42,542 nucleotides of DNA from NCBI RefSeq assembly GCF_001194135.2, contig NC_068987.1, positions 52,062,673-52,105,214 of the forward strand, written 5' to 3'. Position 1 is the stretch's first letter. Every line of letters starts with the position of its first letter. A model generated the notes under the pieces. The model searched no databases. It was not told the origin of the DNA and saw only the letters and a list, made by a program, of their open reading frames with translations. This DNA comes from Octopus bimaculoides (Eukaryota). Position numbers and translations under genes: made by a program. Positions 35,222 to 42,542 of the stretch are shown one piece after another.

Positions 35222-35555
35222 ATGACAGATCTATCGGATTTTCAAAGAGTTCAAATTGTTGGTGCTCGTATGGCAGGTTCTAGCGTAACGAAAACAGCCG
35301 AAATGTTTGTCGTATCAAGAAGTACTGTATTGAAAGTAATGACAGCCTTTAAGAAAGGAGAACATGCCTCCTCGTCGAAATAAATCTCCGGAAGGAAACC
35401 AAAACTTTCAGATAGGGACCATCGCACTCTTACGCGAATTGTTAGGAAGAATCACAAAAGTATAGCTCCCAAAGTCACTGCAGAGCTTAATGATCACCTC
35501 GAGAACCCATTTTCCACAGAAACTGTTTGCCGGGAGCTGCATAAAGCCAGATTAC
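35222..35555 (+). pseudogene. Tc1-like transposase N-terminal (paired-like HTH) fragment
   Basis: MTDLSDFQRVQIVGARMAGSSVTKTAEMFVVSRSTVLKVMTAFKKG...K*ISGRKPKLSDRDHRTLTRIVRKNHK...TAELNDHLENPFSTETVCRELHKA. One internal stop; no DDE domain follows. Confidence 0.85.
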
Positions 35556-35811
35556 AAAAACAAACGTTGCCAAGCAACGTTGAAAATATCGTTAAAAGGA
35601 TGTTTCGTTGATAGAATCCTGTAGCAGCATTTTGTTGTAAGTATTTTGTAAGTTAGATCATGTCACTAGTGACAAGAAAGGTGATTAAATCTGTGATAAA
35701 CTCCGTAAAGTCAATTTTTAGTGAAACAGAAAAATCCAACTAAGCAGAAAAATGTTATCACACACTTTTGTGCCTTTCCGTTATCAGTATCCCAAGCATT
35801 TAGAGTAGAAG

Positions 35812-36042
35812 TGTAGGCACATGGTTTAGCGTTTGAAATGCTGGACTCATCGTAAGATTGCGGTTTCGATTGTTGGACCGGGCGACGCGTTGTGTTCTTG
35901 AGAAAAACACTTCAGCTGTCAAAAACGAGTAATACTACGACGGACCGGCGGTCGTCCAGAAGAGGAATTTACATGTTACAGAAACAGGAAAACCAACCCT
36001 TATGTGTTGGTATGACTCGAGATGGCAATTTTACCTTTACCT
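35812..36042 (+). mobile_element. tRNA-derived SINE, family C
   Basis: A-box-like TGGTTTAGCG, B-box-like GGTTTCGATTG, CORE/V-like TTGTGTTCTTGAGAAAAACACTTC and a (TTACCT)2 tail. Confidence 0.65.
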
Positions 36043-36748
36043 ATTTGTAGTAGATGTAAATTACATCAGTGATGGACCAGCCTGTTAACATTATTCCGAG
36101 AACTTTCCCATAAAACAGCTGTTGTTAATCTTAGTTACTGCCCCAGTTTGGTCACTATCTTAACGTCTTACTGTACATCAATTAAATGGGCTACTTAGAT
36201 TTTGGCCGAAGGTCATTATAATCTCAAGCATTATTGTAACGCCATAATCTTGTTAGACAGGTTCGTATGCATTTTGGTCTGAATGCATTTTAGTTACCTT
36301 TAATACAAAGTCAACATTACTGGAATATCACATGGAACAGAGTTATGATATCACTTGCTTTCGTTAGATTGTAACAAATTTATAGTTTTGCTGTTTTCTA
36401 TTCAGTCTGGTTTATTACATCAATATGTTCACTACATGAGTGGGGCATGCCCGTAATCCCAATATGATTTCTACACACAAATTTTTACACACAAATAAAC
36501 CGTAATCAATGCTGTATGTACGTGTGTACATTTCAATGCAAATAATATTTAGATAGGTATCGACATTGAAATAATGATAGGGAAACAAAATAGGCGTCTT
36601 TAAATATAAATGCGTATTTTCATTTTCTATACATATCTGACTATCTGTTTAACGATCCCTTATCTATCTATATACCTCCCTGTACCTCTGTCTGTGCGTG
36701 TCTCTCTCCCTCTCTCTCTTTCTATACATGTGTGTGTATGTGTGTGTG

Positions 36749-36821
<73 letters not shown>

Positions 36822-37047
36822 CGATATTGAAGTATGTATGACAAACCACTAACTGTCAAACATTTCTCCGTTAAATCCCACGTAAGTATTGAGAAACCAG
36901 GGAACACCAGATTATTGACATTCACGCTAGACCAATAAAATTTTGGTTTCATTGATCGTTGCATTCAAAGGGATATTAGAATCTTCATGCCAGCAATTTC
37001 AATTACTATATGTTACAAAATATATATCATATCACATAAAATATATA

Positions 37048-37153
37048 GGCGCAGTAGTGGCTGTGTAGTAAGTAGCTTGCTTCCGAACTACATGGTTCCG
37101 GGTGCGTGGCACCTTGTGCAAGTATCTTCTATAGCTTCGAGCCGACCAAAACC
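37048..37153 (+). mobile_element. SINE family A, 5' fragment with B box deleted
   Basis: GGCGCAGTAGTGGCTGTGTAGTAAGTAGCTTGCTTCCGAACTACATGGTTCCGGG[deletion]TGCGTGGCACCTTGTGCAAG. Confidence 0.85.
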
Positions 37154-37245
37154 AAATTCAGTCGGAAGGGCAGAGGCATTTCAAAATGTAACCATATGTG
37201 AATCTTTCTTGCGTCTTCCTTTCCTATTGGACTTACCTCTGTGTC

Positions 37246-37282
37246 CTATTTCTGAAGAAGATCTTAGCGCGAAAAGTAGACC
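37246..37282 (+). ncRNA. Degenerate Penelope-type hammerhead-like motif
   Basis: CTGAAGA-A-GATC-TTA-GCGC-GAAA-AGTA; three substitutions away from CTGAAGAAGAGC-TTA-GCTCGAAACGTA. Confidence 0.3.
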
Positions 37283-38224
37283 ACCTTCCTTTCCATCCCT
37301 GAACATCTGCTAATGATTTACATGTACCACGTCCTCGCGTTGCTATTTTTTGTGTTCATTCTTCGTTTTTTTTTATTTACGATTTGGTATATTTATACNN
37401 NNNNNNNNNNNNNNNNNNNNNNNNNNNNNNNNNNNNNNNNNNNNNNNNNNNNNNNNNNNNNNNNNNNNNNNNNNNNNNNNNNNNNNNNNNNNNNNNNNNN
37501 NNNNNNNNNNNNNNNNNNNNNNNNNNNNNNNNNNNNNNNNNNNNNNNNNNNNNNNNNNNNNNNNNNNNNNNNNNNNNNNNNNNNNNNNNNNNNNNNNNNN
37601 NNNNNNNNNNNNNNNNNNNNNNNNNNNNNNNNNNNNNNNNNNNNNNNNNNNNNNNNNNNNNNNNNNNNNNNNNNNNNNNNNNNNNNNNNNNNNNNNNNNN
37701 NNNNNNNNNNNNNNNNNNNNNNNNNNNNNNNNNNNNNNNNNNNNNNNNNNNNNNNNNNNNNNNNNNNNNNNNNNNNNNNNNNNNNNNNNNNNNNNNNNNN
37801 NNNNNNNNNNNNNNNNNNNNNNNNNNNNNNNNNNNNNNNNNNNNNNNNNNNNNNNNNNNNNNNNNNNNNNNNNNNNNNNNNNNNNNNNNNNNNNNNNNNN
37901 NNNNNNNNNNNNNNNNNNNNNNNNNTATATATATAATGGAATAGTTAGTATAAAGCATTGTGTGGAATATACTACATAAAATTCGTGGGTAAGGCCGAAA
38001 CAATGCGAAATGAGTCCAAGGTAAATCACAAGAAAACAGGCATATGAATTAATGGTGACTTACACTGCATTCAGTGTTTCATGTTTATTACCCCCCCCCC
38101 CTCCTTCGGGGATTAGCGAATGCTGCAAATGTAACCCTCATCAAGAATTAGCGAATGTTGCAGTTCTACATGTGTGTGAGTATGTAGGGAGCAGACATGC
38201 GCAGAAGCTTGTTGTTATAGCAGC

Positions 38225-38620
38225 CAGCTAGCTTCATGTAACTCTCTTCTGTTGTTGATAGACAGCTTTCTTTGGTGTATTAATATGGATTCGGGGATTC
38301 TAAGCTTGCCTCTGTTACGTTCTTTTGCCTTGATGTGCACTGTGAGCTCTCAGGTCTGGCATTTTCGCAGATGTTTCTTCATGATTGTGTCTGTCTGTCT
38401 GGGTGCATGTGTTGTTTTAATGCGTATGTGCAGTTTTTTTGTTGTCCTTCCTGTATAGGATGCATCACATTTGCCGCAGCTGACCTCGTATACAACATAG
38501 GTCCTCTGACACATTTTGGATCCTAGATGGGGCAATTTGATAATGTGCACTGCCCGATGTTGTGAAAGACGTTGTTCATGTTTAGAACATTTCTCAAGGG
38601 ATGGGAACCTGAGAGTTCAC
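38225..38620 (-). mobile_element. Penelope-like element GIY-YIG endonuclease fragment
   Basis: YVVYEVSCGKCDASYTGRTTKKLHIRIKTTH...MKKHLRKC, then after a frameshift RGKLRIPESILIHQRKLSINNRRE. These match the GIY-YIG VY..C..C..Y.G.T.R.L..R and C-terminal E...I....P.IN pattern. Confidence 0.85.
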
Positions 38621-39795
38621 AGAATGTCAAAATAGTTCATAAATTAAATGCCAGAATTAACTCTGATACAATAAAACAAAATAATAGTGAAAAGTGAATG
38701 AAGTTTCTGAAAAAGCAAAACATTGAAGAGAAAAATAAATTTGACAAGAAAGAAATCTATATATGAATTAATTAAATCAAAGGTGGTATACTGTTGCTGT
38801 CAACTTGTATTTTGTATATTAAGCTTAAATGTCGCAGCTGGAGTATAGAAATAATGGTTGATATAAAATATACATTCCATATGCATCCAGTTCTATATTA
38901 GTGTTCAACCGAAGAAATTACAGGAAGCATTAGACAATAAAGAATAGTTTTGACCTTATATTCTGCACCGAAAAGCTTAGAAAAAATGTATATGTTTATT
39001 AAACACAAGTCTACGCACAGGTCTCTTTCTCTCTCCTTCTGTGTCTTCTTTCCCCTCCTCTCTCTTTCTCTCTCCTTCTCTCTCTTCTTTCCCATTCCCT
39101 TTCTCTTTTTCTGTGTGTGTGTGTGTGTGTGTGTGCGTGTGTGTATGTGTGCATGTGTATTCGTATGTGATAAACATACTTGCATGTATATGTAGATACG
39201 GCTATACAAATATATACTTTTATAATAAATATTTATATGTACAGTCATATGCAAACTGGTCAAGTAGAGCAACATGACACTTAAGATTATATTTTGATAT
39301 ATACCTTTTATTCATTATATTGCAGACTAATTCATTTTATAGCGTACTATTATCCTGATTACCTCCCCTTATCTGGATCCATTATTGTATGTGCATATAT
39401 GTATAAGTTTTGCGTTGCGCGTTTCTGTGATGCAAGCCTCTCTTCGTAGCTGCCTCTAACTAGAATATTGCTGTGCACTAAGAAATTGAGTTCATGATGT
39501 TCTTACCATCATATAGATCAGAGAATCTTTGACTATTTGCGGATGCAAGAAATTAATATGACGTTAGTTGAAGACCTTTGAAGCATGTCATTAGGCATTC
39601 TTTAGGCATTGGATTCGAAATTCTAAATATAGTTGTACGTCTAAAATGCAGATACACCTAGGTTACTTAAAGTGTTAATTTAAATTACATTTCTTGACTG
39701 CTCCTTTGAGACTCTGCTGCTGGAAAGAGTTTTAATCACACATCGAAAATCAAAATATTACATGTGTTTCGCAATGTCAGTATTAGAACAAATCT

Positions 39796-40008
39796 AAGGC
39801 AGCGAGTTGGCAGAATCGGTAGTACGCTGGGAAAATACTTAGCAGCAGTTGTCCGTCTTTACGTTTTGAGTTCAAATTCCACCGTAGTCGATTTGGCTTT
39901 TCATCCTTTAGGGGTCGATAAAATAAGTACCAGTTGAAGATTGGGATCAATGTAATCAACTTCACGGCTTCCTCGAAATTGCTGGCCTTACACCAAACTT
40001 TTAAACTC
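39796..40008 (+). mobile_element. tRNA-derived SINE, family B, full length
   Basis: A box TGGCAGAATCGG 39808-39819, B box GAGTTCAAATTC 39868-39879 and central domain 39887-39933. Confidence 0.88.
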
Positions 40009-40600
40009 ATATCAGAAAAATCTACTCTTATTTTGACAAAGTAACATAGAACGCTACATTCATAAGCGATTTTCTCCAGAAACAGAATTAATTTCAATTG
40101 CGTATTATAATGATATGGAATACCGTACTGCACATGGAGCCTCAACTGCATCACGTCACTGCAAAATCTTTCCTGAACGACTGTATATGCTCTTACACAT
40201 TTGCGTAAACAATTCCCTAGCAAGAGATTAAATCAACTTATTGCTAACACACAGTCACCCCCCCTCATACACACTTACGTTGTTGGGTAGTTCTGCGTCT
40301 GATTCGACGATGGGGATTCATTTGTCGTTGTGAGTGTGTAACAAGCTTTTAGGAGACACGGGCATGATGTGTGAACCAGCTGAAAATTCAAATGACTGAA
40401 AATATGTCAGACGTTTAATAAAATGTTTTTGATTACCTTATTACAGTAATGCACTTTTGCTTAGTCTCTAACATTATTTAAAAGGAACACTTTTTAGGTG
40501 CCAAATGGTAGGATAGAAAGATACGTGATTCCTTAGCGAACATCATAAGTATAAAAAAAACTAAACATACATATACATGTACACATACATGCACATATTC

Positions 40601-40655
40601 TACTGCATACGAATCTAGCTACTGTATACGAATTTAGCTACTGTATACGAATTTA
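40601..40655. repeat. 19-bp minisatellite, about 3 copies
   Basis: TACTG(C/T)ATACGAAT(C/T)TAGC repeated at 40601, 40620 and 40639. Confidence 0.9.
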
Positions 40656-41272
40656 TTTCACCTGATAGGATTTACAGACACGGTGAATCCAACCAGGTGA
40701 CATCTAATTCTTTAGATCATCTTGAAAATAAAAAATTCTGAAGTAATTTCAAAATACCCTATGCAATAGTCACATGATAATCTCAGATAAATAATACAAT
40801 ACAAAATCTATTCCATCACTGAAATTTAGATATATGTGGATGTGTGTGTCTGAGTTTACATGCTTATATAGACTCGTTCTCGCAAACACGTAAGCGCACA
40901 TATGTAAGCATTTACATTTCTATGTTGTGTGTATATATATATATATATAAATATGCGTGCAATGTGTTTTAGGGGCCGTGTGTTTGCGAATATGTGCTTA
41001 CATACAACAAATAGAAGCACACATACATGCATATATGCAAACACACACACAAAAATAAACATATATATATTGTCTATTTTCCCACAAAATCATTTAACTG
41101 ACGAGGGTTTCAATTTAAACAATACACTATGTAATTAATATTGTTTGCTTCCTTCCAAGTTTGCTTACTGTAACACTTGAATGCATATACACATACGTAT
41201 GTATATATGTATATACATATATATGTGTGTGTGTGTGTATAAATTATATATATATATCTGTCTCTGTGTCTA

Positions 41273-41303
<31 letters not shown>

Positions 41304-42315
41304 TTATCTATCATCTATCAATCTGAATACTTTCGTTTATACATACATTCCGACATACATATATGCAAATAAGAAATAGATGGATAGGTTTCTGTGTTTG
41401 GACTAGGATGATAATTAGAAAATATTTATATTTATCACCAAAACAAAAAAAAACAAAAAAATCACAAAGCTATATTCCTAGAGATATTTTTTTTCCACTA
41501 TACAGGTAAACGCATTGTGAATTTGGTAGATTGATGAAATAAATAAATTACTAAGTAGAAGCAAATTTGATGAATGTAACGAGTTAATCTAATTTATTAT
41601 TTCAGATATAACCATTTGTTCGGCTCTAAGTATACGTCTTAGCTAGGAATAGATTTGCGTTTACTAATTTGTAAGCAAATTTAATAAATATTCTGTGAGT
41701 AAGCAGGGCATAACTTCGTCGAATTCACAGGCGTAATTAAGTATCTTGTGTGTTAGTTTAATTACAATAATAAATAGTAAGACATAGAATATTTTGTTGC
41801 TACTATTGTCGATTTTGGTGGTGGAGTTACTAAATATAGTTTTGTTCCAATATAACTTACTGTATCTTGAGTGAAAATGGCGGATCGAAAGAAGTATTAA
41901 ATCATATTTATTTCTTATTTCGAGAAAACGCCAATATTTGGAAGAGGTGTGTATTCGATTATGCAACGAATTTAGGATAATACAGTACAATACAGTAACT
42001 TATTTCATCGAGAGTAGATGAATGAATGTCCAAGTCAATATCGTATTGGCTGGCCTAACATTCTGCTGTTGCTGAAAGACAGGACTGGGAAACTATATAT
42101 AATAATCAAAGACAGAAAGTAAAAATCAATCTATCTATCATGTTCAAAACCAAGAAGGTGACTTTATGTATTGTGGTTCATATTTCGATCATGACTGATG
42201 AAAGCAGAGCGGAAAGCATGTCGAATCTATCGAATTGAAAGAAACAGAAAGTATGGTGTAAAATAATTTCATCTAAGATATTCAGGTCACTGGCTGTGAT
42301 AAGGAAGTTCTTGGG

Positions 42316-42330
42316 AATAATAATAATAAT

Positions 42331-42403
<73 letters not shown>
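42316..42403. repeat. (AAT)n microsatellite
   Basis: Directly visible. Confidence 0.95.
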
Positions 42404-42405
<2 letters not shown>

Positions 42406-42542
42406 GCAAGACATCCTTGCCAAAGCACAAAGGATCCGCCGGTATGAGAAACGCCAACGTTTCTTTGAACAATACAAACAGTTCAAATCCAACCCCAAAA
42501 AACTCTACCAAGAACTGGGTAAAAATAAAATAGACATTACTG
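42401..42542 (+). mobile_element. 5'-truncated Dong/R4-like LINE continuing beyond the window
   Basis: Open frame IKQDILAKAQRIRRYEKRQRFFEQYKQFKSNPKKLYQELGKNKIDIT, typical of the pre-RT region and homologous to NNMFKNNPKNLYRKIW at ~21825-21870. It starts exactly at the end of the (AAT)n. Confidence 0.8.

Noticed and set aside
1131-37979. Long ORFs in the supplied track (e.g. 323, 451, 378 aa)
   Set aside because: They are open only because they cross N-gaps or microsatellites (YIYI, CVCV, poly-I/R/F); no coding signal.
38061-38144. Minus-strand GAAAC-ACTG-AATG-CAGT-GTA (good stem III and GUA triplet) with TTGATGA ~60 nt upstream, 3' of the Penelope EN
   Set aside because: First core is mutated, the intervening sequence does not close a stem II, and stem I is weak. 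Position is suggestive, but not supportable as a ribozyme by eye.
41098-41125. CTGACGA-GGGTTT-CAATTT-AAAC
   Set aside because: Partial stem II only; no GAAA, stem III or stem I partner.
1-42542. CRISPR arrays, prokaryotic operons, rRNA/tRNA genes, telomeric arrays
   Set aside because: None seen; the sequence is eukaryotic repeat-rich DNA and the tRNA-like boxes belong to SINEs.

Overview
AT-rich eukaryotic draft-assembly sequence with nine N-gaps (1352-1508, 3818-4113, 9424-10081, 14338-14524, 14952-14961, 16823-17270, 20788-20894, 34075-35044, ~37399-37925) and dense di-, tri- and tetranucleotide microsatellites. The SINE families and repeat landscape look like an octopus genome; this is inference from recalled repeat sequences, not a database match. 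I find no confident host-gene exon, and most listed ORFs are artefacts of N-gaps or microsatellites. The window is a transposon graveyard. DNA transposons: an Hsmar1-like mariner, a complete internally deleted Tigger derivative and a Tc1 fragment. Retroelements: four Dong/R4-like LINE fragments, three of them next to (TAA)n arrays; two Tx1/L1 pieces; Ty3/gypsy and CR1-like fossils; a Penelope GIY-YIG fragment; and about ten tRNA-derived SINEs of three families. The most interesting signal is a set of hammerhead-ribozyme-like motifs. The best (9222-9283, +) has both conserved cores and all three stems, and sits in a ~300-bp repeat unit arranged as a tandem plus a ~259-bp fold-back. Four more degenerate motifs with very different stem II lengths occur at ~4240, ~26560, ~27900 and ~37265. 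Together they suggest a diverse Penelope-LTR/retrozyme population. All folding and alignments were done by eye and need computational and biochemical checks.
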